Source: Crenothrix polyspora (lineage in GTDB: Bacteria; Pseudomonadota; Gammaproteobacteria; Methylococcales; Methylomonadaceae). From it: a stretch of DNA of 41,303 nucleotides. The notes beneath the pieces were generated by a model. The model was not told the DNA's origin and ran no database searches. It saw only the letters and a program-made list of their open reading frames with translations. A program made the translations under genes and the position numbers. Below are positions 32,275-41,303 of the stretch, piece after piece; the stretch's first letter is position 1, and each line of letters opens with the position of its first letter. The stretch is from the NCBI GenBank assembly GCA_945903675.1, contig CAMDOP010000001.1:1-41303 (forward strand), in the 5' to 3' direction.

Positions 32275-34926
32275 TTATTCTTCGTCTTGTTCTAGCTCAT
32301 CTTCTGCACTAGAGGACAAATCAGCCTCATCAATGAGCACTTCATCAGTGTCTAATGCGGTATCAAAATCACTATCTTCTTCATCGTCGTCGTCGATACC
32401 GGCCAAACCTTCAATCTTATCAACGCCTATCACTTTTTCATTTTTACCTAAACGAATAATAGTGACGCCCTGGGTATTACGACCAACTACCGAAATTTCG
32501 TCAACACGCGTACGTACCAAAGTACCACCATCAGTGATCAACATAATTTCATCGTTATCGTTAACCAAAACCGCACCGATAACCGCACCATTACGCTCAG
32601 AAGTTTGTATGGCAATCAAACCCTGCCCGCCACGCTTATGACAGGTAAACTCTTCCAACTTAGTACGCTTACCATAACCATTTTCGGTAATATTCAGCAC
32701 CGTGCCTTCGGCTGCAATAATCAAGGAAATGATTCTTTGACCTGGTTGCAAGCGCATGCCACGGACACCCGTAGCGGTTCTACCCATAGAACGCACATCT
32801 GCTTCATTAAAGCATACGGCTTTACCCGTACTACCGAACAATAAGACATTTTGCTGACCGTCGGTAACGGCAACGCCAACCAAGGTATCGTCGTCTCTTA
32901 AGTCGATGGCGATTTTACCGGTAGTACGTTGACGTTCAAATTCGGTTAATGGCGTCTTTTTAACGGTACCCGCTGAAGTCGCCATAAAAATAAATTTATT
33001 TTCAGTGAATTCGCGGATAGGTAAGATCGCGTTAATCTTTTCACCCTGCTCTAAGGGCAATAAATTAACAAAAGGCTTACCACGTGCCGCACGACTGGCC
33101 ACAGGCAATTGATAAACCTTCATCCAATAGACTTTACCTCGTGAAGAGAAGCATAAAATTGTATCGTGGGTATTAGCGACAATCAGCTTATCAACATAAT
33201 CCAATTCTTTAGTGGCTGTCGCAGACTTTCCGCGTCCACCACGTCGTTGTGCTTTGTAATCACTTAAAGGCTGAGATTTAACATAACCTTCATGAGACAT
33301 GGTTACCACCATATCTTCTTCAGTAATTAAATCTTGCTCTGATAAATCTAACTGGGTTTGGATGATTTCGGTACGACGTGCATCGGAATACTGGTCTTTA
33401 ATAGCGACTAGTTCTTCCCTGATAATTTCCATCAAACGAACGTCACTACTTAATACAAACAGATGCTCATCAATTTGCTCTAATAACTGACGATATTCAT
33501 TGACGATTTTATCTTGCTCTAAACCGGTTAAACGATGGAGACGCAAATCAAGAATGGCTTGTGCCTGTGTTTCAGAAAGACGATAAACACCTGCAAAAAT
33601 ACCAAATTCAGCACCCAAATCTTCTGGTCTAGAACGACTCGCCTCAGCACGCTCCAAAAGCGTGGAAACCAAGCCAGCATCCCAAGTTCTTACTAATAAA
33701 CCCTCTTTAGCTTCCGCAGGATTGCTAGCGGCTTTAATCAACGAAATCATTTCATCGATATTAGCCAACGCCACAGCAAGACCTTCTAAGATATGCGCTC
33801 TTTCACGGGCGCGACGTAGCAGATAAATGGTTCTGCGAGTCACAATTTCGCGTCTATGGTTAATAAACGCGCCAAGTATATCCAGCAAATTCATACAATG
33901 CGGACGACCGTCCAGCAAAGCCACCATATTAATACCGAATACGGTTTGGAATTGAGTCTGCTTATACAGATTATTCAATACGACTTCAGGCACTTCACCG
34001 CGACGCAATTCGATCACCATGCGCATGCCATCTTTATCAGATTCATCACGTAAGCCAGAAATACCTTCAAGCTTACCGTCTTTAACCAACTCAGCAATCT
34101 TCTCAAGCAAACGTGCTTTGTTAACTTGATAAGGCAATTCAGTGGTCACTATCGATTGTCGACTACTATCACCTATATCTTCAAAGTGACATCTAGCCCG
34201 CAAATAAATCTTACCCCGCCCTGTGGTATAGGCATTGTAAATACCAGCAGCGCCATTGATGAAACCGGCAGTAGGAAAATCAGGGCCAGGAATATAATCC
34301 ATTAACTCAGGAATCGTAATATCAGGATTATCAATCATGGCCAAACAGGCGCTAACCACTTCCGTCATATTATGCGGAGGAATATTAGTCGCCATACCCA
34401 CAGCGATACCTGAGGAACCGTTCACCAATAAATTAGGCACTCGAGTAGGCAATACTTCGGGCTGTATTTCTGATTCGTCGTAGTTAGGAATGAAATTAAC
34501 AGTTTCTTTATCAAGATCCGCTAATAATTCATGGGCAATCTTCGCCATACGGACTTCTGTATAACGCATCGCTGCGGGTGGATCACCATCGACCGAACCG
34601 AAGTTACCCTGCCCGTCGACCAACATATAACGCATGGAAAAAGGTTGCGCCATACGTACCATGGTGTCATAGACTGCGGTATCACCATGAGGATGATATT
34701 TACCGATGACATCACCGACGATACGCGCCGATTTTTTATAGGGTTTGTTCCAATCGTTACCCAATTCACTCATCGCGTATAACACGCGGCGATGCACTGG
34801 TTTCAGGCCATCTCTGACATCAGGAAGAGCTCGGCCTACAATAACGCTCATTGCGTAATCGAGATAGGACTGTTTCATCTCGTCTTCGAGATTGACAGGT
34901 ATAATTTCTTTAGCGAAGTTTGACAT
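32275..34926 (-). CDS. gyrA: DNA gyrase subunit A
   Basis: HPHGDT, AAMRYTE catalytic Tyr, GyrA-box QRRGGRG, acidic tail. Confidence 0.98.
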   Translation of the reverse strand: MSNFAKEIIPVNLEDEMKQSYLDYAMSVIVGRALPDVRDGLKPVHRRVLYAMSELGNDWNKPYKKSARIVGDVIGKYHPHGDTAVYDTMVRMAQPFSMRYMLVDGQGNFGSVDGDPPAAMRYTEVRMAKIAHELLADLDKETVNFIPNYDESEIQPEVLPTRVPNLLVNGSSGIAVGMATNIPPHNMTEVVSACLAMIDNPDITIPELMDYIPGPDFPTAGFINGAAGIYNAYTTGRGKIYLRARCHFEDIGDSSRQSIVTTELPYQVNKARLLEKIAELVKDGKLEGISGLRDESDKDGMRMVIELRRGEVPEVVLNNLYKQTQFQTVFGINMVALLDGRPHCMNLLDILGAFINHRREIVTRRTIYLLRRARERAHILEGLAVALANIDEMISLIKAASNPAEAKEGLLVRTWDAGLVSTLLERAEASRSRPEDLGAEFGIFAGVYRLSETQAQAILDLRLHRLTGLEQDKIVNEYRQLLEQIDEHLFVLSSDVRLMEIIREELVAIKDQYSDARRTEIIQTQLDLSEQDLITEEDMVVTMSHEGYVKSQPLSDYKAQRRGGRGKSATATKELDYVDKLIVANTHDTILCFSSRGKVYWMKVYQLPVASRAARGKPFVNLLPLEQGEKINAILPIREFTENKFIFMATSAGTVKKTPLTEFERQRTTGKIAIDLRDDDTLVGVAVTDGQQNVLLFGSTGKAVCFNEADVRSMGRTATGVRGMRLQPGQRIISLIIAAEGTVLNITENGYGKRTKLEEFTCHKRGGQGLIAIQTSERNGAVIGAVLVNDNDEIMLITDGGTLVRTRVDEISVVGRNTQGVTIIRLGKNEKVIGVDKIEGLAGIDDDDEEDSDFDTALDTDEVLIDEADLSSSAEDELEQDEE

Positions 34927-35084
34927 TGATCCCTAGATAAACAGTGTACCGAAAAGACTACTTCGGTATGGTTTCTTAACTAACATATAAGCGCACCACT
35001 TCATTCCATGCAACAAATGCGCCCCTATAACTTTAAATAACAGGGGATTATACCAAAATAGTCAAACTATTGATGAGTTAATGT

Positions 35085-35291
35085 AGCTACCAATTTAAGA
35101 GGGGGGGGTCGTTTAGCTTAATCGTTCACTTTTAGACAAGGTTCTCCTAAGAGCAGACAAAAGACAAAATACGAAGGGCGAAGGGTTAAGACTAATATCT
35201 GTCACGCCTTAACTTGCTAACCTTCTACGCTTAACCTTTCGCCCTGAGCCTTTCGTCTGCGCTGAAATTATCCCGCTTTAAGTTGGTAGCC
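35085..35291 (-). mobile_element. MITE copy C (207 bp)
   Basis: Ends agctaccaatttaag.../...ctttaagttggtagcc; 8-bp direct repeat GTTAATGT at 35077-35084 and 35292-35299. Confidence 0.85.
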
Positions 35292-35298
35292 GTTAATG

Positions 35299-36018
35299 TT
35301 AAGCAAAAATTTCTGCTAAGAAGTTTTTCATCGCCAACCATGAACGACTATCTGCTTGAGCACGATAAACCATGCCATGATCTGGGTCATTGGCCAATGG
35401 ATTAGTAAAAGCATGAGCCGTATGACCATAACACTGCAACTGCCAATCCACACCCGCCAAAGTCATTTCCTGCTCAAAGGCAAGCACTTGATCAGGCGTA
35501 GCCAAAGGATCATCATGACCATGCAAAGCTAATACTTTGGCTTTAATCGGCTTAGCCACAGGATGCCCTGGGGCACCTAATAGACCATGAAAGCTAACAA
35601 CGCCCTTCAAGTCACTACCTGATCTTGCCAAATCTAAAACACACAAACCACCAAAGCAAAAACCGATCGCTGCAACATTATGGTCATCAACCCAAGGCAA
35701 TAATTTCACAGCATATAGCGCAGCCTGTATGCGTTTTTGCAATAGTAAACGATCGTCCATAAAGGGCTGCATCAACGCTGAGTTTTGCTCAGGACTCGTT
35801 CCCAATACGCCTTTACCATACATATCAACGGCAAAGCCCACATAACCTAACTCAGCCAGCTTTATCGCCTTCTCGGCAACAAACTCGTCTCTACCCACCC
35901 AAGTATGATTAATTAAAACCGCAGGTCTGCGGCCTATTAGCGCATCATCAAAAGCAAAAAAAGCTTCCAACAATACATCCCCATCCATATAGCCTACGGT
36001 ATTTGATATTATCGCCAC
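35299..36018 (-). CDS. Dienelactone hydrolase family protein
   Basis: GFCFGG nucleophile motif, HGHDDP, HAFTNP. Confidence 0.9.
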   Translation of the reverse strand: MAIISNTVGYMDGDVLLEAFFAFDDALIGRRPAVLINHTWVGRDEFVAEKAIKLAELGYVGFAVDMYGKGVLGTSPEQNSALMQPFMDDRLLLQKRIQAALYAVKLLPWVDDHNVAAIGFCFGGLCVLDLARSGSDLKGVVSFHGLLGAPGHPVAKPIKAKVLALHGHDDPLATPDQVLAFEQEMTLAGVDWQLQCYGHTAHAFTNPLANDPDHGMVYRAQADSRSWLAMKNFLAEIFA

Positions 36019-36033
36019 ACTCTCACCTTTGTA

Positions 36034-36525
36034 TTAGCTGTTGATTTGAAGTCTTGTCGTTTTTAAGCTCTCTAAAAACCCCACCGATGCTTCTTCGATT
36101 AAATCCAATACCTTCTCGAAACCATAAACACCGCCATAATAAGGATCAGGTACCTCACGCACTTTAAGATGGGGTGCATAATCAAGAAAATAGTGAATTT
36201 TTGTTTGATAGTGCTCAGGACACGCTTTCATCAGCAGAGCATAATTATCATCATCCATCGCCAACAAAAAATCAAAATCCTCAAAATCCCCCATCACCAC
36301 CTTTCTAGAGCGTATATGCGCTAAGTTTATATCACGTAACTGGGCCGCTTGTTGCGATCGAGAATCCGGTACCTCGCCTTCATGATAAGCATGCGTACCA
36401 GCCGAATCGACCAAAAATGATGATTCCAATGCCCTATCTTTAATCAGCTTAACAAAAACACCCTCAGCAGTGGGTGACCTGCAAATATTGCCCATACAAA
36501 CAAAAAGAACTTTTATTTTTTCCAT
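36034..36525 (-). CDS. Low molecular weight protein-tyrosine phosphatase
   Basis: VCMGNICRSP, DSAGT, DPYYG. Confidence 0.93.
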   Translation of the reverse strand: MEKIKVLFVCMGNICRSPTAEGVFVKLIKDRALESSFLVDSAGTHAYHEGEVPDSRSQQAAQLRDINLAHIRSRKVVMGDFEDFDFLLAMDDDNYALLMKACPEHYQTKIHYFLDYAPHLKVREVPDPYYGGVYGFEKVLDLIEEASVGFLESLKTTRLQINS

Positions 36526-36708
36526 GATAATGGTGATTTAATGAATGACTGTTTAAAATTTAAACGCTACATCGGTAGCATCAGTGATTTATATTAATGG
36601 CAAAAAAGCGTAGGTCAGTGCTACTTATAAAACGAAATGATAGCAAGACTAAAGACACTCAGTCCACCATTTGAAAGTGCCGCCACTAAGTTAAATATTC
36701 TATGTGTT

Positions 36709-36798
36709 TGGAGTAAAATAGCTTCAGCTATTTTTTAAATAGCAATAGCTGAAGCTATTGCACTCCAGACTTTATAATGCTTTCGCGTAATTTAATAG
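36709..36798. repeat. Palindromic repeat family 2, copy 1
   Basis: TGGAGTAAAATAGCTTCAGCTATT...AATAGCTGAAGCTATTGCACTCCA plus tail; diverged copy at about 40319-40404. Confidence 0.6.
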
Positions 36799-36957
36799 CA
36801 GTGGCTCTTAAAAGGGTAACTACACACTTAAACATAAACAACTGTCATGAAAACTACTTTTAGTTGTATAGTTAAGACTCTCCCTATGCAACGCCTTATG
36901 TATTAACCTAGATATCTAACCATAAATATTCATTTTTATAACTTTGGGGATGATCAA

Positions 36958-37533
36958 ATGAACACATTAAATTATTCAGTTGCTATATCACTAATATCTG
37001 CTTTTTTATGGACTAGTACTTCCTTAGCAGCCGACAAACTAGCAGGCGAACAGCAAGCCGCTAATTGCATAGGCTGTCATGGCTCTATAGGACATGGCGG
37101 ACACGCAGATCATAATCCAGCACCTAATCTTTATGCTCAACAACCTAGCTATCTTATTAATCAGCTAAATGCTTTTAAAACCGGGGCGCGTAGCAATGCC
37201 CTTATGAAAGCAATGGCCAGCAATTTAAGCGATGACGATATTAAAAATTTAGCAGCTTATTTTTCCAGCACCCCAACGATCAAGATAGAAACCAATGTAG
37301 CCTTAGCCAAAGTCGGTCAGGCAAAAGCCAGTATGTGCTTAGGCTGCCATGGCTCTTCTGCTGAAGGTAATGGCCAATTCCCTAGACTCGCAGGCCAACG
37401 CGCCGATTATCTCGTCAACCAACTAGCAAATTTTAAAGCGGGCGTTAGAAAGAATGGTCAGATGCAAGCCATTGCCAACACCCTGAGTGATGAAGATATG
37501 CAAGCCTTAGCTGCCTATTTTAGTGGATTATAA
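36958..37533 (+). CDS. Di-heme cytochrome c4 family protein
   Basis: Signal peptide, CIGCH and CLGCH, P.L..Q...YL..QL..FK.G.R repeated, distal Met. Confidence 0.9.
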   Translation: MNTLNYSVAISLISAFLWTSTSLAADKLAGEQQAANCIGCHGSIGHGGHADHNPAPNLYAQQPSYLINQLNAFKTGARSNALMKAMASNLSDDDIKNLAAYFSSTPTIKIETNVALAKVGQAKASMCLGCHGSSAEGNGQFPRLAGQRADYLVNQLANFKAGVRKNGQMQAIANTLSDEDMQALAAYFSGL

Positions 37534-37702
37534 GTTAATAAACAGGGGTATTTATCTCACCCATACTGACTTAGCATGAATCCCTCGTTTTGAGGTCAGT
37601 GCTCCCTGTTCACTTAGAAACAACCTCTGTTTTTCAAGATCGCTATGCGTCTCCCACCAGCAGGTTCGTATCTTCCATTGTATGGTAACCTGCGCCAGTG
37701 CC

Positions 37703-37779
37703 ACAGGATGTGCTGAACAAAGTGAAGCGCAATGTTATGTACGTGAATGATGCGCCTCCTAGCGTCGGCACATCCTATG
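37703..37779. repeat. REP-like inverted doublet
   Basis: AGGATGTGCTGA..GAAGCGCA / TGCGCCTC..TCGGCACATCCT. Confidence 0.55.
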
Positions 37780-37782
37780 CAA

Positions 37783-38028
37783 TTGGCAATAGCCCCTGAT
37801 TTTTGATGATCATTCCTAGTTCACTTAGCAATGACCCCTGATTTTTCATGATCATTCCTAATTCACTTAGCAATGACCCCTGATTTTTCATGATCATTCC
37901 TAGTTCACTTAGCAATGACCCCTGATTTTTCAAGATCACTCCTATTTCACTTAGCAATGACCCCTGATTTTTCATGATCATTCCTAGTTCACTTAGCAAT
38001 GGCCTCTGATTTTTCAAGATCACTCATA
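37783..38028. repeat. 42-bp tandem repeat, about 5.8 units
   Basis: Unit TTAGCAATGACCCCTGATTTTTCATGATCATTCCTAGTTCAC starting at 37783, 37825, 37867, 37909, 37951 and 37993. Confidence 0.95.
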
Positions 38029-38109
38029 ACTTTTAAGGAGCATACGATTAAATGTAATTCGCTGTGCTATTGCACCCTAAAAACATTGAGATTCGCAAAC
38101 GAATGATGC

Positions 38110-39285
38110 TTAATCTTCCAAGCCATCTATGCGCTTAGTCGTTAAGACTGGCGCATAAATAAACATGAATAGGGAAAAGGCGGCAATCCAGCATAAGGTT
38201 GAAGCATACATTAAGAGGTCATAGCCATGAGGCAGTGCAACAGGTAATAACACTCTAAGCACGGCCGCTAAATTAAGCAATACAAAGGCAATAGTTATAG
38301 CATTAGAAACGCGTAGCGCACGTCCGGTATGGCCCAAAGACACCCTAGCCATCATAGCTAAAGTTAAGCTACCTATGCCACCGAGGGTAAAAGCATGCAG
38401 TGCTAATACTGGCAATACCCAACCATAAGCCGACAAGGCGGTTAAGGCAAAACCAAGAATAAGCCAAGTATAGCCAACATATAATGCCCACAATAAAGGC
38501 ACATACCATATCCTAGCGACATACCAACCGGATAAGCGAGCACCATTAACACCAGCAGCAAACAGTGCGGTTATGGCTAATAAAGTTCCCGAAACAGAAC
38601 ATAATTGTAAGGTGAACACTAAAACAGCTGAGCCTATCGATAGATTATCCAATAAGGGATTCTTGCTGATGAAGGTGCCTGATAAAGCTCTTTCGGTAAA
38701 GTAAGGAAATATTCTGCCCGAAAAAATGATGATCATCGTAATAATAGTCGCGACAACTAGCTGAATACCTAGCCACGCCGAGTTTAAATTTAAGCCTAGC
38801 ATTTCTGCATGGATTAACGCATTGCCTAAGGCTAATACTAATAATAGACCTACAAAAACTAAATGCTTGTATTGTTTGGCTTGTAAAATGGGTAGGCTGA
38901 TGCAATAGGCCAACACAGGTAAAAAAGCAAAATCAACCGCGGCGATAACGGCATCAGGTAATAAAGCCGCATAAAAAGGTAGGATGCGCCCATAAAGCCA
39001 TAATAAAGCCAATGCGGTTAATTTATCACCGCTTAAAGTTGGCTTAGCTGTCCAATTTTTAACCGCCGTTAATAAGAAACCAGCGATAACAGCCGCCGAA
39101 TAACCCAGCAACATTTCATGCGCATGCCAATAACTCGGTAAAAAGTAATTAGCGACCGTTAATGTGCCTTTGAACATCGCATTCCAAAGCAATATTAAAA
39201 TCAGCGCTGATAAGCCGGCTAAAGCAAAAAAAACTCTAAAGCCTAAACCAAAAATAGGTGTGTCAAATATTTTATGTGTATTCAT
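38110..39285 (-). CDS. nnrS: NnrS family heme-copper membrane protein
   Basis: GFRVFF, WHAHEMLLG, GFLLTAV.NWT, GRIFPYFT, HAFTLG, RVSLGHTGR; ATG overlaps the upstream TGA (ATGA). Confidence 0.92.
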   Translation of the reverse strand: MNTHKIFDTPIFGLGFRVFFALAGLSALILILLWNAMFKGTLTVANYFLPSYWHAHEMLLGYSAAVIAGFLLTAVKNWTAKPTLSGDKLTALALLWLYGRILPFYAALLPDAVIAAVDFAFLPVLAYCISLPILQAKQYKHLVFVGLLLVLALGNALIHAEMLGLNLNSAWLGIQLVVATIITMIIIFSGRIFPYFTERALSGTFISKNPLLDNLSIGSAVLVFTLQLCSVSGTLLAITALFAAGVNGARLSGWYVARIWYVPLLWALYVGYTWLILGFALTALSAYGWVLPVLALHAFTLGGIGSLTLAMMARVSLGHTGRALRVSNAITIAFVLLNLAAVLRVLLPVALPHGYDLLMYASTLCWIAAFSLFMFIYAPVLTTKRIDGLED

Positions 39286-40085
39286 AGTGATGTATTTTCC
39301 AACCAATCTAATTCAGCATCTGAAAAACCAGCAATTATACGCATTTCTCTGTTAAAAGGGCCTTTTGGCTTACCACCTTGGTAATATTTCTTGATTAAGC
39401 GTTGATATTGAGCTTCTGGCTCTAAGTCTTGCTGTTCGCAAACAAACTTAAACCAGTAAGAACCTCGTTCTACATGACCGACTTCATCGGTTAAGATGCG
39501 CGTTAATAAGGTGACACTAGCCCCATCACCAATATGTTTAAATTTGGCAATGATGGCGGGTGTAACATCCAAGCCTCGTGCTTCCATACAACGTGGAATC
39601 ATGGCTAATCGTGCTAATAAATCATCTGCGGTATCTGTGGCATGATCCCATAAACCATTATGGGCCGGTAAATCACCGTAAGCTAAATTCATAGCCTGTA
39701 AATGTGTACGAATTAATTCGAAGTGTTGCGCCTCTTCATCGGCAACGCGTAGCCAATCGTGATAAAACTGATCGGGCATGCCACGAAAACGATAAAGCAT
39801 ATCCCAAGCCAGATAAATGGCCATAAATTCAACATGAGCAATGGCATGAAAAAAGGCTTTTATTCCGTCAGGGCTACCTAATTTACGTTTAGGCATTTCG
39901 CGCGTGGACAATAATATTGGCGAACTGGGAAATTGTACCGAAGAAATAGCCAAAGGCGGTTGTTCAGAAACTAAACTTAATTCACCTTGAGTCAATAATT
40001 GCTGGGCTTGATGAGTGAACATTAATTTTTGCTCAATATCAGGATCATGTAAACAGGCTTCAGCTAAGGTAAATATGTTTTTCAT
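39282..40085 (-). CDS. Ferritin-like domain protein (DUF455)
   Basis: HAIAHVEF.AI.LAWD, DEEAQHF, HNGLW, EARGLDVTP, DEVGHV..G..W, R..AGF. Confidence 0.9.
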   Translation of the reverse strand: MKNIFTLAEACLHDPDIEQKLMFTHQAQQLLTQGELSLVSEQPPLAISSVQFPSSPILLSTREMPKRKLGSPDGIKAFFHAIAHVEFMAIYLAWDMLYRFRGMPDQFYHDWLRVADEEAQHFELIRTHLQAMNLAYGDLPAHNGLWDHATDTADDLLARLAMIPRCMEARGLDVTPAIIAKFKHIGDGASVTLLTRILTDEVGHVERGSYWFKFVCEQQDLEPEAQYQRLIKKYYQGGKPKGPFNREMRIIAGFSDAELDWLENTSL

Positions 40086-40108
40086 TAGGACTCATTGCTG
40101 TGTATTTG

Positions 40109-40312
40109 GGCTACCAACTTAAGACCGGACAGTTTAGCTTAACCGTTCACTTTTAGACAAGGCTCTCCTAAACGCAGACAAAAGGCGAAAGGTTAAAGGC
40201 AAAGGGTTAAGCCTATTATCTGCCACGACCTAAGTTGCTAACCTCTTAGGCTTAATCTTTCGCCCTTTGCCTTTCGTCTGCGTTCAAGCTGTCCCGTCTT
40301 AAATTGCTAGCC
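40109..40312 (-). mobile_element. MITE copy D (204 bp)
   Basis: Ends ggctaccaacttaagaccggac.../...gtcccgtcttaaattgctagcc; 8-bp direct repeat TGTATTTG at 40101-40108 and 40313-40320. Confidence 0.85.
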
Positions 40313-40318
40313 TGTATT

Positions 40319-40404
40319 TGGAATAAAACTGCTTTAGCTGTTTTACAGGTAATAGCTGAAGCTCAGCACTCCAAGCTTTATACTGCTTGTCCGTAGATTA
40401 ATAG
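40319..40404. repeat. Palindromic repeat family 2, copy 2 (diverged)
   Basis: TGGAATAAAACTGCTTTAGCTG...AATAGCTGAAGCTCAGCACTCCAAGCTTTATACTGC, similar to 36709-36798. Confidence 0.55.
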
Positions 40405-40416
40405 TCAACGTAGATT

Positions 40417-40519
40417 TATCGTTCCCACGCTCTGCGTGGGAATGCCGCCGGTGACGCTCTGCGTCACGCATCGCTGGAGCGATGCAGGATACATTCCCAC
40501 GCAGAGCGTGGGAACGATA
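40417..40519. repeat. REPIN-like element with perfect 28-bp inverted arms
   Basis: TATCGTTCCCACGCTCTGCGTGGGAATG ... CATTCCCACGCAGAGCGTGGGAACGATA; internal GTGACGCTCTGCGTCAC hairpin; GC-rich relative to the surroundings. Confidence 0.85.
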
Positions 40520-40521
40520 TG

Positions 40522-40625
40522 AAGCCTATTATCTGCGCCGCCTTAAGTTTCTAACCTCCTAAACTTAATCTTTCGCCTTGAGCCTTTCGTCTGAGTTGAA
40601 GCTGTCCCGCCTTAAGGTGCTAGCA
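40522..40625 (-). mobile_element. Truncated MITE copy
   Basis: aagcctattatctg...ctgtcccgccttaaggtgctagc matches the right half of copy D. Confidence 0.75.
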
Positions 40626-40656
40626 ACTTATCGCAATGATAGCCATAACCCATCGG

Positions 40657-41303
40657 CTATAGCTCTTTCAATAAACAATTGTGTTTAGAACTTTCCATTA
40701 GCTGCCTAAACTCATCAACGGCCGTCATAAATAACTGCTCTTGTTTTATATCCGAAAGATAATGCTGACCACTTTGCTCTAATGCGGTAATCACATAAGC
40801 AATAGTCAGTTGATTAATATCCACCGCCGGTTGATAAAACTCATCACCGCCCTGCTCTTCCCTTTTAAATTCAACAACGATATGACTAGTGATTAACTTT
40901 GCCAATAAATCCTGAACAATCGCAATTGGAATCAGCAACTTCTCGGCAATTTCGATCGATGACAAGGGTTTATTCATCAATACAAAATTATTAATAATCA
41001 GATGGGTTATTTGTAGGGAAAGCACTTTTTGCAAAGCAAAACTCAAATCGGCATAACGATGTTTGTTTTTATATATTTCATAATTTTGTAAAAAGAAGGC
41101 AACTTCGCAACCCAATAAAACCACCATCCAGCCAGCCTGTAACCAGACCACTAACAAAGGTAAAGCGGCAAAACTACCATAGATAGAATTATAACTAGAT
41201 GCGCCTAGCTGTAGGCTCAAATAAACCCATTGTAATAAATAAGATAAAACCCCAGTTACCACGCCCTCAATCATACCCTCCTTAATATTGACCTTATGAT
41301 TGG
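40657..41303 (-). CDS. YihY/BrkB family membrane protein with C-terminal HTH-like extension (5' part outside window)
   Basis: Frame is open to the window edge (PNHKV..); YNSIYGSFAALP..W....W.VVLLG.E motif. Confidence 0.85.
   Translation of the reverse strand, partial: NHKVNIKEGMIEGVVTGVLSYLLQWVYLSLQLGASSYNSIYGSFAALPLLVVWLQAGWMVVLLGCEVAFFLQNYEIYKNKHRYADLSFALQKVLSLQITHLIINNFVLMNKPLSSIEIAEKLLIPIAIVQDLLAKLITSHIVVEFKREEQGGDEFYQPAVDINQLTIAYVITALEQSGQHYLSDIKQEQLFMTAVDEFRQLMESSKHNCLLKEL

Noticed and set aside
34670-34700. GyrA Thr at the Ser83-equivalent position as a quinolone-resistance allele
   Set aside because: Thr is the wild-type residue in many gammaproteobacteria.
36679-36808. Possible MITE with GCCACT...AGTGGC ends (similar short ends at about 7091-7340)
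   Set aside because: The IRs are short and I could not find a convincing target-site duplication.
37775-38023. 82-aa ORF as a confident gene
   Set aside because: Made entirely of the tandem repeat, GTG start preceded by an in-frame stop, no SD; kept only as a possibility.
37783-38028. CRISPR array
   Set aside because: Units are directly adjacent with no unique spacers, and there are no cas genes in the window.

Overview
AT-rich gammaproteobacterial chromosome segment. The gene content suggests a Methylococcaceae-like organism (inference, not proven). The backbone is mostly housekeeping: cinA/mutS, oadGAB, di-heme cytochrome c peroxidase, TPP riboswitch-thiC, galU/manC, the gyrA-serC-pheA-hisC-tyrA::aroA-cmk-rpsA-ihfB superoperon, cytochrome c4, DUF455-nnrS and a partial yihY. 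The best candidate for an undescribed system is 10755-15663: a sigma54 promoter with two 17-bp enhancer-like boxes precedes a PEP-CTERM surface protein and four co-oriented genes. These encode a FeeM/autoinducer-synthase-like N-acyltransferase fused to a cyclic-nucleotide-binding domain, a Cys-rich membrane protein, a ThiF adenylyltransferase and a SAM methyltransferase. Also seen: a ~180-207 bp MITE family (four full copies, each with a perfect 8-bp target-site duplication, plus two fragments), several REP-like palindrome families, a candidate sRNA with an anti-SD motif, a cysC pseudogene beside a DHH phosphoesterase, an uncalled 52-aa membrane ORF, a 42-bp tandem array and an unusual D-to-Y change in the Cmk GRD motif. 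All family assignments come from recognising motifs by eye; no database searches were run.
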